A stretch of DNA of 64,000 bases, taken from the NCBI GenBank assembly GCA_900617105.1, contig UYFQ01000032.1, forward strand, positions 496,001 to 560,000, in the 5' to 3' direction. The DNA is from Hydrurus foetidus (Eukaryota). The position numbers and the translations under genes were made by a program. Shown in pieces: positions 28,433-37,155 of the stretch (the first letter of the stretch is position 1; every line of letters begins with the position of its first letter). The notes under the pieces were generated by a model. That model did not search any database. It saw nothing but the letters and a program-made list of their open reading frames with translations, and was not told the origin of the DNA.

Positions 28433-29302
28433 TTACAGCACCGTCTGAATCAAAGCTCCTTTGAACAATACTGGCCCTGTGGGGCCAGTTTCGCTTGGCA
28501 CGCCGCCTTTAGGCTCCAGGCTGATCGCCAAAGCGGGGATGTTTTTCACCGATGACTCGTTCGCAGTCAGCCGAATCACATCACCATCGCCCAACACACC
28601 CAGCGATTGAGGCCCAGCAGCAGCAGCGCCGGGTTTGGCATCTCCCGGCAAACCAGGTAAGGCCCACAGCTGGAGCGAGCGGTCAAATGCTGTTTGGTAG
28701 CCACCCACGCGCTTGACCGTCAGGGTGTTTTTGCGCGGGTCGTAAGTCACCAGCATTGAAGCTGTGGCTTTGTCATCGGCCAACACGGCCACATAGTCAA
28801 TACGCGATTCAGCCTGCAAAGCGACTACCCGCATTGCACTTTGGCGCACGGCTTGGCTGGCTTCAACCAACGCGAGGTCTTTTTGCTTGACCTGGGTGCT
28901 CAAACTCAAGCCCACGCCCACAGCCGCCACGGTGGCAAGACCCGTGGCCAGTGCCGTACCTCGCCACAGGCCCACGCTGCGGCGCAGACGGCTCAAAATT
29001 TGGTGGTGCAAGCTGTTGTCTACTTGCACCAAGGGCGCAGGGCGCGCCGATGCAGCGCTGGCAGCAGCAGAAACATCCATCTCGTTTGCAATGCGTTTCC
29101 ACACGTTCGGACTGGGGATGCTGGCAGGTTGCAACTCGGTCATGGCAGCCAGACGCTCTTGCCAAATATGGGCGGCGGTGCGGATGGTAACGCTTTCACG
29201 GGCCAGGGTCTCAAAGCGGCGGCGTGCGCCACCGCGCAAGGTGCCCAGCGCGTAGCTGGAGGCCAAATGATCGAGCAAAGCAGAGTTGGATAACAGGTTC
29301 AT
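28433..29302 (-). CDS. rskA: anti-sigma factor, RskA family
   Basis: YALGTLRGGARRRFE, central TM helix, LQLW, AISLEPKGG, GPTGPV. Confidence 0.82.
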   Translation of the reverse strand: MNLLSNSALLDHLASSYALGTLRGGARRRFETLARESVTIRTAAHIWQERLAAMTELQPASIPSPNVWKRIANEMDVSAAASAASARPAPLVQVDNSLHHQILSRLRRSVGLWRGTALATGLATVAAVGVGLSLSTQVKQKDLALVEASQAVRQSAMRVVALQAESRIDYVAVLADDKATASMLVTYDPRKNTLTVKRVGGYQTAFDRSLQLWALPGLPGDAKPGAAAAGPQSLGVLGDGDVIRLTANESSVKNIPALAISLEPKGGVPSETGPTGPVLFKGALIQTVL

Positions 29303-29316
29303 GGTCTTCACCCCTT

Positions 29317-29946
29317 TCACGCAAAGTGGGCCATGCAGCCCCGCAACTGGTCAAGCCCACGCCGAATCCAGGTTTTCACCGTGCCCAGCGGCAGCTTGAG
29401 CTGCTCCGCCAGCTCGCTGTGGCTGAGGTCACGCAGGTAGGCCAAACTGACCACTTCACGCTGGCGGGCTTCGAGCTTGCGCAGGCATTCGTGCAAGGCA
29501 TAGGCGGTTTCACTGGCCTGCGTGGTGTCCATCGGGTTGGGCGTGTCACCGGCCAAGGTGTCGCTCAGCACCTCGTCCAATTCTTGCGTCAAGCCTGCAC
29601 GGTCGCTGACGCGGCGGCGCAGAAAATCCAAGGCCCGGCTGCGCACAATCAACCCCATCCAGGCCATAGGCGGACTGAGGTTCAGCCGGTAATCAGCTGC
29701 CACGCGCCAGATGTTCAAAAAAGCCTCTTGCAGCACGTCTTCTGCCCATTCTTTGTTACGCACCACGCGCAGCGCCAGCCCATAGAGCTTGGACGCGCTC
29801 AAGTCGTACAAATCCTTCAGCGCCTTGTGGGCATCCGGGCCTTTGTCCGCAATGCGGTTGATAAGGGCAATGAGCTGCATATCGGGGTTGTCCGAAGAAT
29901 GAGGGGGATGATCGGAATGGGGGAGATCGGTGCTGACGGTAGGCAT
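29317..29946 (-). CDS. ECF sigma factor (SigK-like)
   Basis: AEDVLQEAF region 2, LSHSELAEQLKLPLGTVKTWIRRG region 4; start uncertain. Confidence 0.9.
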   Translation of the reverse strand: MPTVSTDLPHSDHPPHSSDNPDMQLIALINRIADKGPDAHKALKDLYDLSASKLYGLALRVVRNKEWAEDVLQEAFLNIWRVAADYRLNLSPPMAWMGLIVRSRALDFLRRRVSDRAGLTQELDEVLSDTLAGDTPNPMDTTQASETAYALHECLRKLEARQREVVSLAYLRDLSHSELAEQLKLPLGTVKTWIRRGLDQLRGCMAHFA

Positions 29947-30076
29947 AGACGGGCGGTGACAGTTGGTTGAATTACGCAGCAAACACGGGTTTGGATTCAC
30001 TGATTTTGACACCGTGCGCTTATCCGCACCGGGCAACATCCCGGAATACGTCAATGACCTTGCTTACAATTCCGCC

Positions 30077-30400
30077 ATGACTACAGACACCCTCCCCAAC
30101 ATCACCGTATCCACCAAAGCCAGCGTCTACTTTGACGGCAAATGCATCAGCCATGGCGTGACTTTTCCTGACGGCACCAAGAAAAGCGTCGGCGTGATCT
30201 TGCCCGCCACGCTGACCTTCAGCACCGGGGCCCCCGAAATCATGGAATGCGTAGCCGGCGCTTGCGAATACCGCCTCGCGGGCAGCGACGTGTGGGTGGC
30301 ATCAAGCGCAGGTGAGAAATTCAGAGTACCCGGCAACGCCAAGTTTGACATTCGCGTGAGCGATGCAGGCGGCTACCACTACATCTGCCACTTCGGCTAA
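30077..30400 (+). CDS. ppnP: pyrimidine/purine nucleoside phosphorylase
   Basis: YFDGKCISH, DGTKKSVGVI, FSTGAPEIME, C-terminal YICHF. Confidence 0.88.
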   Translation: MTTDTLPNITVSTKASVYFDGKCISHGVTFPDGTKKSVGVILPATLTFSTGAPEIMECVAGACEYRLAGSDVWVASSAGEKFRVPGNAKFDIRVSDAGGYHYICHFG

Positions 30401-30420
30401 ACCACCACCGAAATCACGCC

Positions 30421-31503
30421 TCAAATAACCACCGGCTCCGGCTCCAAGCGGATGCCAAAGCGCTCGTACACGCTGGTTTGAATGGCTTTAGCCAAGGTCA
30501 TCACCTCGCCGCCGGTGACGGGGTTGTCCGGCCCGCCCCGGTTCACCAGCACCAGCGCTTGTTTTTCGTAAACCCCGGCATGGCCTATGGTTTTGCCCTT
30601 CCAGCCGCAGGCATCAATCAGCCAACCGGCGGCCAGTTTGATGTTGCCGTCGGCCATTTTGTAATGCACGATGCGTGGCTCGCGCTGGATGATGTCGGCG
30701 CACTGCTCGGGTGACACGGTGGGATTTTTAAAAAAACTGCCAGCATTGCCCAGCACTTTGGGGTCAGGCAGCTTGGCACGGCGGATGGCGCAGACCCACT
30801 CATAAATTTGTAGCGCGTTAGGCATATCCACTTTGCTTTCAAGCTGTTTTTTATCCAACTCAGCGTAGCCCAGTACCGGCTTCCACAGCTTGGGCAGGTT
30901 GAAGCGCACATGGGTAATCAGCGCTTTGCCGGCTAAGCCAAAACCGCGCTCGTCAGAGGCGTGCTTGAACACCGAATCGCGGTAGCCAAAAGCACATTGG
31001 GCGGCGTTCAGCGTGAAGCACTCGCCGGTTTCCAGGTTGATCGCGTCCAGCGATTCAAAGCGGTCTTGCAGCTCCACGCCGTAGGCACCGATGTTTTGCA
31101 CCGGGGCCGCGCCCACGGTGCCGGGGATGAGCGCCAAATTTTCCAAGCCGGGGTAGCCTTGGGCCAAGCACCAGCCCACGCAGTCATGCCAGTTTTCACC
31201 GGCCCCGGCCTCCACAATCCAGGCTTTGGCGGTTTCAGCCACCAAGCGCAAGCCTTTGATTTCGACTTTCAGCACCGGCAGCTTTACATCGCCGGTCAGC
31301 ACGATGTTGCTGCCACCGCCCAAGATGAACACCGGCGATGCGGGCGGGCGCACAAATTCCGGATTCAATGGCAGGTTTAACGGCGGGTCAGCCAGCAGCG
31401 CTTGCAGGCTGGCAACATCAGTCACACGCCACAGCGAAGTGGCGCGGGCCACGATGCCAAAGGCGTTGTGGGCTTGCAGGGGAACGTTGGACTCGAAGAA
31501 CAT
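30421..31503 (-). CDS. murB: UDP-N-acetylenolpyruvoylglucosamine reductase
   Basis: GGGSN, GLENLALIPGTVGAAPVQNIGAYG, FGYRDS, GNAGSFFKNP, LEPEP. Confidence 0.96.
   Translation of the reverse strand: MFFESNVPLQAHNAFGIVARATSLWRVTDVASLQALLADPPLNLPLNPEFVRPPASPVFILGGGSNIVLTGDVKLPVLKVEIKGLRLVAETAKAWIVEAGAGENWHDCVGWCLAQGYPGLENLALIPGTVGAAPVQNIGAYGVELQDRFESLDAINLETGECFTLNAAQCAFGYRDSVFKHASDERGFGLAGKALITHVRFNLPKLWKPVLGYAELDKKQLESKVDMPNALQIYEWVCAIRRAKLPDPKVLGNAGSFFKNPTVSPEQCADIIQREPRIVHYKMADGNIKLAAGWLIDACGWKGKTIGHAGVYEKQALVLVNRGGPDNPVTGGEVMTLAKAIQTSVYERFGIRLEPEPVVI
30798..30852 (+). repeat. ~55-bp dispersed motif copy (inside murB)
   Basis: core ACTCATAAATTTGTAGC, GC at +8/9 and +21/22, T6 at +33. Confidence 0.7.
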
Positions 31504-31570
31504 GGGAGAATTGTCGCACTCCACCTAGTCTCTTCTTACCCCCTCTTTATCCCTCTGAACTGGTTAAACC

Positions 31571-32056
31571 ATGCCTACTTTTGATACCGTTTGCGAAGCC
31601 GATTTGCCTGAAGTGCGCAACGCCGTGGACAATACCGCCAAAGAAATCAACACCCGCTTTGACTTCAAAGGCACCGCCGCAGCCGTCGAAATCAAAGACA
31701 AAGAAATCACGATGACAGGCGACTCTGATTTTCAGCTCAGCCAAATCGAAGACATTTTGCGCAACAAGCTGACCAAGCGCAGCGTGGACGTTCGTTTTTT
31801 GGACATTGGCAAGGTGCAAAAAATCGGTGGCGACAAGGTAAAACAGGTCATCACCGTGCGCAATGGCATTGAGAGCGATCAGGCCAAGAAAATCCAAACC
31901 CTCATCAAAGGCAGCAAATTGAAAGTGCAAGCCGCCATCCAAGGAGACGCCATCCGCGTGACCGGTGCCAAGCGCGACGATCTGCAAGCCGCGATGGCAC
32001 TGCTGCGCAAAGACATCACTGACATCCCGATAAGCTTCAATAACTTCAGAGACTGA
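31571..32056 (+). CDS. yajQ: YajQ family nucleotide/c-di-GMP-binding protein
   Basis: [36 protein letters not shown]. Confidence 0.95.
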   Translation: MPTFDTVCEADLPEVRNAVDNTAKEINTRFDFKGTAAAVEIKDKEITMTGDSDFQLSQIEDILRNKLTKRSVDVRFLDIGKVQKIGGDKVKQVITVRNGIESDQAKKIQTLIKGSKLKVQAAIQGDAIRVTGAKRDDLQAAMALLRKDITDIPISFNNFRD

Positions 32057-32128
32057 GCATAATGAAGTGGTGAATTCACCCAACAGTAATCAATACCCTC
32101 TGCGCCCTTCCATCTTCAAGACTTTCGC

Positions 32129-33376
32129 ATGGATTTGATCGAGCTACAGCGCGATAAGCTTTCCCTTGGCATGACATTGCGCTTCACGCTGCGTGACGAG
32201 TCAGGTGGCGTGCTGTTGGGCAAAGGCCACCGAATTGAAAGCCCACAGCAACTGGCCCATTTAAAAGCCCGCAAATCCATCTTCATTGAGATGAACGAGT
32301 CGGACGAATCGGTTCGCATGTTGATGTCGGGCTTAGCCGATTTAGACCGAGCTGATGCCCCCATCAAAGATTTTTCCAAGTACTTGCAAACCAAGAAAAG
32401 TCCGACCGAAGAAAAGCTCACGGGCACCTTTGTACAGCGCTGGAGCGACGTGGAATCGCGCCTAGGTGGGCTTTTGGCCAACATTGCCACCACCACCGAT
32501 TTCGAACCCCGCCTGCGCACGCTGGCACAGCACGTTCACCTGCTGATGGCCGAAGATGCCACGGCCTCACAGTTTTTGCTGTTCAACCGGGCTGTCAGCC
32601 ACTTCAGCGGCTACAGCGTGCTGCATTCCTTGTTGTGTGCCGCACTGGCCCATTCCTTGTCGCAGATGTTTGCACTTTCAGACCTGGAACGCCGTAGCCT
32701 GACCTGTGCCGCCCTGACGATGAACTGCGCCATGACCAGCCTGCAAGATGAGTTGACGGTACAAAAAGCCGTGCCCAATCCGCACCAGCGCCGCATGATC
32801 GACAACCACGCTACTGCAGGGCGACAAATGCTGATCCACGTGGGCGTGCTGGACACGCTGTGGCTGGAAACCGTCGAGAAGCATCATGCCACCTTAGCAG
32901 GCCCTGACGCACTGGCCGACTGGCCGCAGCTCGACCGTATGGCCAAAATTTTGCAAACCGTAGACCGCTACACCGCAGCCATGAGTCCGCGCAAATCCCG
33001 CGCCGGGCGCACTGCCCGCGATTCGGTGAAAACCGTGATTGTTCAGGCAGGAAGCACCAAGCACGACGAAGTGGGATCAGCCTTGGTGCGCATCCTGGGC
33101 CTCAGCCCACCCGGCACCTACGTCAAACTGACCAACGGCGAAACCGCTGTGGTGATGCGCCGAGGCCCTACCCCCAACGAGCCCCTGGTCGCCAGCGTGC
33201 TCAACCGCAACGACGAACCGATTGCCGAACCCCGCCTTCATGACACTGCTCGCGAGAAACTGCCTATTGCGGCCACCTTGGTCGCCACCACAATCCGGGT
33301 CAACCTGAAAATGGACAACATCCTGCGCTTGATGCCCAAACCCGTTCAGGCCCCCGTTGTCACTTTGCCGCTTTAA
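32129..33376 (+). CDS. HD-GYP-like protein with degenerate motifs
   Basis: YSVLHS, AALTMN in place of [26 protein letters not shown]. Confidence 0.72.
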   Translation: MDLIELQRDKLSLGMTLRFTLRDESGGVLLGKGHRIESPQQLAHLKARKSIFIEMNESDESVRMLMSGLADLDRADAPIKDFSKYLQTKKSPTEEKLTGTFVQRWSDVESRLGGLLANIATTTDFEPRLRTLAQHVHLLMAEDATASQFLLFNRAVSHFSGYSVLHSLLCAALAHSLSQMFALSDLERRSLTCAALTMNCAMTSLQDELTVQKAVPNPHQRRMIDNHATAGRQMLIHVGVLDTLWLETVEKHHATLAGPDALADWPQLDRMAKILQTVDRYTAAMSPRKSRAGRTARDSVKTVIVQAGSTKHDEVGSALVRILGLSPPGTYVKLTNGETAVVMRRGPTPNEPLVASVLNRNDEPIAEPRLHDTAREKLPIAATLVATTIRVNLKMDNILRLMPKPVQAPVVTLPL

Positions 33377-34019
33377 GTGGTTTTTTTGACGACCCCAGCC
33401 GCGACTCCGTACCCGCCATCAACCGCTCGATGTTCTCGCGGTGGCGGTAGGCCAACAGCGCAGCCATCACAACCAAAGCCAGCGTGACAGGTGTCTCAGC
33501 CAACCACACCACGCGGCTGCCAAACAGGTAATACACCGGTGCAAACACCGCTGTCACCAGCGAAGCGAGCGACGAATAGCGGAAGAAAAACGCCACGATC
33601 GCCCAGGTCAGCAAACACCCCAGCCCCAGCCAAGCATCGACCCCGATGAACACGCCCAGCGCCGTTGCCACGCCCTTACCCCCCTGAAAGCGAAAGAACA
33701 CGGGCCACAAATGCCCCAAAAACGCCGCCAGCGCCACCAGTGCCATAGTGCCGTCCTCCAGCCCGTAAGCCTTGCCGTAAACCCGCACCAAAAACACCGG
33801 CAACCAGCCCTTCAAGCCATCGAACAACAGCGTAATCAGGGCCGCTGGTTTAGAGCCTGAGCGCAGCACATTCGTCGCCCCTGGGTTTTTCGAACCAAAA
33901 GTGCGCGGGTCGCTCAACCCCATCACGCGGCTGACGATGACGGCGAACGAGAACGAACCCAGTAAATAGGCCAACACCGTGGCGAGCAGGGGGTAAAAGG
34001 ATTCCAAGGGTGCGTCCAA
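33360..34019 (-). CDS. plsY: glycerol-3-phosphate acyltransferase
   Basis: [37 protein letters not shown]. Confidence 0.96.
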   Translation of the reverse strand: MDAPLESFYPLLATVLAYLLGSFSFAVIVSRVMGLSDPRTFGSKNPGATNVLRSGSKPAALITLLFDGLKGWLPVFLVRVYGKAYGLEDGTMALVALAAFLGHLWPVFFRFQGGKGVATALGVFIGVDAWLGLGCLLTWAIVAFFFRYSSLASLVTAVFAPVYYLFGSRVVWLAETPVTLALVVMAALLAYRHRENIERLMAGTESRLGSSKKPLKAAK

Positions 34020-34037
34020 TCTTTCAAAGCGATGACG

Positions 34038-34529
34038 CTATTCTGCCAGCGCACACTGCACCGGTTTGGCCCCCAACAGCGCCACACAGACCTGCGGAAC
34101 TATCCCCACCAAATACCCCCGTCGCCCACCGTTGATAGCGATACGCGGTAACGCCAAAATCGTCTCTTCAATGAACACCGGCATGGCTTTGCGCGTGGCA
34201 AATGGCGAAGTGCCGCCGACCAAATACCCGCTGTGCCGGTTCGCCACCTCCGGCTTGCACGGTGCGACCGATTTGCAACCGATTTGCCGCGCCAAATTCT
34301 TGGTAGACACCGTGCGGTTGCCATGCATCAGCACCACCAAGGGCTTCGCCTTCTCGTCTTCCATGATGAGGGTTTTGACGACGGTGAACGCATCGAACCC
34401 CAGCTCCGCCGCACTGTGCTGCGCACCACCGTGCTCCAGGTACTCGTAAGGATGCTCAGTGAAGGGCACCTTGTGCAATTTAAGAAACTGGGTGGCGGGG
34501 GTTTCGGAGATGTGGGCGGCTTTGGACAT
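34038..34529 (-). CDS. ybaK: Cys-tRNA(Pro) deacylase
   Basis: TPAT, VKTL, SGYLVGGTSPF, NGGRRG. Confidence 0.92.
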   Translation of the reverse strand: MSKAAHISETPATQFLKLHKVPFTEHPYEYLEHGGAQHSAAELGFDAFTVVKTLIMEDEKAKPLVVLMHGNRTVSTKNLARQIGCKSVAPCKPEVANRHSGYLVGGTSPFATRKAMPVFIEETILALPRIAINGGRRGYLVGIVPQVCVALLGAKPVQCALAE

Positions 34530-34530
34530 G

Positions 34531-34968
34531 CTACTGGGCCAGTGACGATAAAAACCCGGCAGGGGTGCAGATAGAAATACCCCGGTAAGGATGCAGCACG
34601 AGCAGATCGTTATCCCCCGTCACCAGCGTCGTGGCAGCCGCATCCAGGGCCAACGCCAAAAATTTATTGTCCTTGGGGTCTCGGCAGTCCGTCACCTGCG
34701 TGCTGCTGTGGACGATGCTGACTTTACTGGCCAAATTCGCCAGCACCAGCAAGCGTTTTTCCAAGGGCAAGTAGCGCTCGAATTTGCTGCGCTGAAGCAC
34801 AAAAGACAGCTCATCCCAAGTGCGCGCACTGAACACCAGCTGGTGAGCGTTCAGCGCATGGGTCAACACCTCGCGCGGCAGCGAACGTGGGAACAGCATG
34901 GCACTCAAGATGACGTTCGTGTCCACCACGATGGGCGGCTTAACGAACGACTCAGATGCGGTTGTCAT
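34531..34968 (-). CDS. PIN-domain toxin (PIN_3-like)
   Basis: VVDTNVILSA, CRDPKDNKFLALA, VTGDNDLL. Confidence 0.9.
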   Translation of the reverse strand: MTTASESFVKPPIVVDTNVILSAMLFPRSLPREVLTHALNAHQLVFSARTWDELSFVLQRSKFERYLPLEKRLLVLANLASKVSIVHSSTQVTDCRDPKDNKFLALALDAAATTLVTGDNDLLVLHPYRGISICTPAGFLSSLAQ

Positions 34969-35263
34969 GGACGATTTGCATCACATCGTCTTCGGTCAAA
35001 CCAGCGGTCTGCGCTGCATCCCCAAAACTGTCCAACAGCGCCCCCAGGTCATCCCCGGCCTTGTCACCGGCAAACGCACGCGCTTGCCCATGCAGCAACA
35101 GCGCCCGCCCAATCAAGATGGCGGTATCCCCGCGCACATCGCGGTCTGAAATCGCCCAAAACAAAGGGCGACCATGCCGGGTCACGCAAACCACATCATC
35201 CTGCATGGACTCGATGAAGTCCCCATAGCGGTTTTGAACATCGCGTGAAGTCAGTGTTTGCAT
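34952..35263 (-). CDS. Phd/YefM family antitoxin
   Basis: SRDVQNRYGDFIE...VTRHGRP; overlaps PIN gene start. Confidence 0.8.
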   Translation of the reverse strand: MQTLTSRDVQNRYGDFIESMQDDVVCVTRHGRPLFWAISDRDVRGDTAILIGRALLLHGQARAFAGDKAGDDLGALLDSFGDAAQTAGLTEDDVMQIVHDNRI

Positions 35264-35331
35264 GGTGTGGTCTTGAGATTTGTAGATATTATATTGACAA
35301 TACCTATTTTATAGACAGGCTTGCATCAACC

Positions 35332-36402
35332 TCACAAAGCCGGATCCCGCATCTCCCAGCGGATCGCATCAATCTGTTTCAGCAGCTCAGGTGACAGCGC
35401 CGTGCCCCACGCATTCAAGCACTCATCCAATTGCGCCAAAGAGGTGACACCGATGATGGTACTGGCCACGCGCCAGTTGGTGTAACAAAACGCCAGCGCC
35501 AGCTGGGTGGGCGTCAGGCCGTGCTCTTTCGCCAGGGCGTTGTAGCGGCGGGCGGCTACCAGGGCTTCGGAGCGGCCCCAGCGTTGTTTGCGCACGCTCT
35601 CGAATTTGCCGATGCGGGCATCGCGAGGGGTGCCGGGGCCGTCGATACCGGATTCGTCGTACTTACCGGTCAAGAGGCCAAAACCTAGCGGGGAATAGGC
35701 CAGCAGGCCGACATTCAGGCGGTGCATGCTTTCGTCCAGGCCGTTGTCTACAGCGCGGTTCACCAGGCAGTAGGGGTTTTGCACGCTGGCCACGCGCGGC
35801 AGGCCGTGCTGCTCAGCCAAGCGTGTGAACTCATGCACGCCGTAGGGGGTTTCGTTAGAGAGGCCAATGTGGCGGATTTTGCCGGCTTTGACGAGCTGGC
35901 CCAAGGCTTCGAGCTGTTCGTGGATGGAGGTCACGCTGTTGTCTTTGGCGGGGTCAAAGTACACCATGCCAAAGGCGGGTACATGGCGCTCGGGCCAATG
36001 GATTTGGTAGAGGTCGATCACCTCGGTTTGCAGGCGCTTGAGGCTGGCGTGGCACGACGCGGTGATGTCAGCAGCCGTCATGCCCCCACCCGCACGCACC
36101 CAGGGCATGCCGCGCGAGGGGCCAGCGACTTTGGTGGCCAGCACCAGCTTCTCACGCGCACCGGGGTTACGCGCGAACCAGTTGCCGATGATGGTTTCCG
36201 TCGCGCCAAAGGTTTCGGCACGGGCTGGCACGGCGTACATCTCTGCGGTGTCGATGAAGTTCACGCCGCGCTCTAAGCTGCGGCTGAGGATGGCGTGGGC
36301 GCTGGCCTCACTGACCTGCTCGCCAAACGTCATGGTGCCCAGGCAAATGGGGGTGACGTGAAGGTCGCTTTGGCCGAGGGGGGTGCGGGGAAGAGAGATC
36401 AT
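35332..36402 (-). CDS. aldo/keto reductase (Tas-like)
   Basis: LGTMTFGEQ, DTAEMY, ATKVAG, DLYQIHWP, GLSNET, AYSPL. Confidence 0.92.
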   Translation of the reverse strand: MISLPRTPLGQSDLHVTPICLGTMTFGEQVSEASAHAILSRSLERGVNFIDTAEMYAVPARAETFGATETIIGNWFARNPGAREKLVLATKVAGPSRGMPWVRAGGGMTAADITASCHASLKRLQTEVIDLYQIHWPERHVPAFGMVYFDPAKDNSVTSIHEQLEALGQLVKAGKIRHIGLSNETPYGVHEFTRLAEQHGLPRVASVQNPYCLVNRAVDNGLDESMHRLNVGLLAYSPLGFGLLTGKYDESGIDGPGTPRDARIGKFESVRKQRWGRSEALVAARRYNALAKEHGLTPTQLALAFCYTNWRVASTIIGVTSLAQLDECLNAWGTALSPELLKQIDAIRWEMRDPAL

Positions 36403-36414
36403 GGAAGTCCTAAA

Positions 36415-36469
36415 AGTCCTGAATTGATAGCTGACTGTGCTTACGAGATAAGTGGATTACGGCATTTAA
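36415..36469 (+). repeat. ~55-bp dispersed motif copy (straddles vapC stop)
   Basis: core AGTCCTGAATTGATAGC, GC at +8/9, TTT at +34. Confidence 0.6.
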
Positions 36470-36875
36470 GTTTGGGGAAACGGCTGAAATCGCGGTCAGC
36501 CGTCCAGAACTCGCGCACGCCGTGTTGTAGGCAGATGGCGGCAATGCGGGCATCGTGAACCATACCGTCAACAATCAAACCGCCCAGCAGCATAGGTTTG
36601 AGTGTGGCCCAGTGACTCTGGGTTTCACCGATCAGTTGAAGACTGCCGCTGCCCATCCAGGCATCAAGCTGGCTACAGGCTTGGGCTGGCGTACTGGCTG
36701 GAATGTAGCGTTTGGGATGGGTTGCAATGCTGTAAAACTCATGGAGGCATGGCAAGGGAATAGCCCATGGTCGGCGGTGTGTAGCCAGTGCCTGAATGCA
36801 GTCAAACGACAGTTGGTTAAACGGTGACTCAAAGCGGTGGGCATAAACCAGGATGTTGGCATCGACAGCGATCAT
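36441..36875 (-). CDS. vapC: VapC PIN-domain toxin
   Basis: MIAVDANILVYA, HEF, HDARIAAI, TADRDFSRF. Confidence 0.9.
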   Translation of the reverse strand: MIAVDANILVYAHRFESPFNQLSFDCIQALATHRRPWAIPLPCLHEFYSIATHPKRYIPASTPAQACSQLDAWMGSGSLQLIGETQSHWATLKPMLLGGLIVDGMVHDARIAAICLQHGVREFWTADRDFSRFPKLKCRNPLIS

Positions 36876-37120
36876 CCGCCGTGCCCCTCGTAAATCAGCG
36901 CACGAAGGGTGGGCCAGTCGGCATTCGCATACTCGGGGTTGAGGCCCTGACCATGCACCCGGGCATCCACCATCACATAGGGCTTCTCAGCGGCCTTTTC
37001 CTGCACCATCAGCGCTTGAAGAGCGCGAACAAACACTTCTTTGAGTGTCAGCCCTTGCTGGTCAGCAAACTGGCGGGCTTGCGCCATGATGGGGTCGGGC
37101 AGGTTGAGCGTGGTTTTCAT
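36872..37120 (-). CDS. vapB: VapB-like ribbon-helix-helix antitoxin
   Basis: MKTTLNLPD RHH start; ATGA overlap with vapC. Confidence 0.8.
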   Translation of the reverse strand: MKTTLNLPDPIMAQARQFADQQGLTLKEVFVRALQALMVQEKAAEKPYVMVDARVHGQGLNPEYANADWPTLRALIYEGHGG

Positions 37121-37155
37121 GGCGGTATGGCTTCTAAAGTACGGCTAGCCATATC

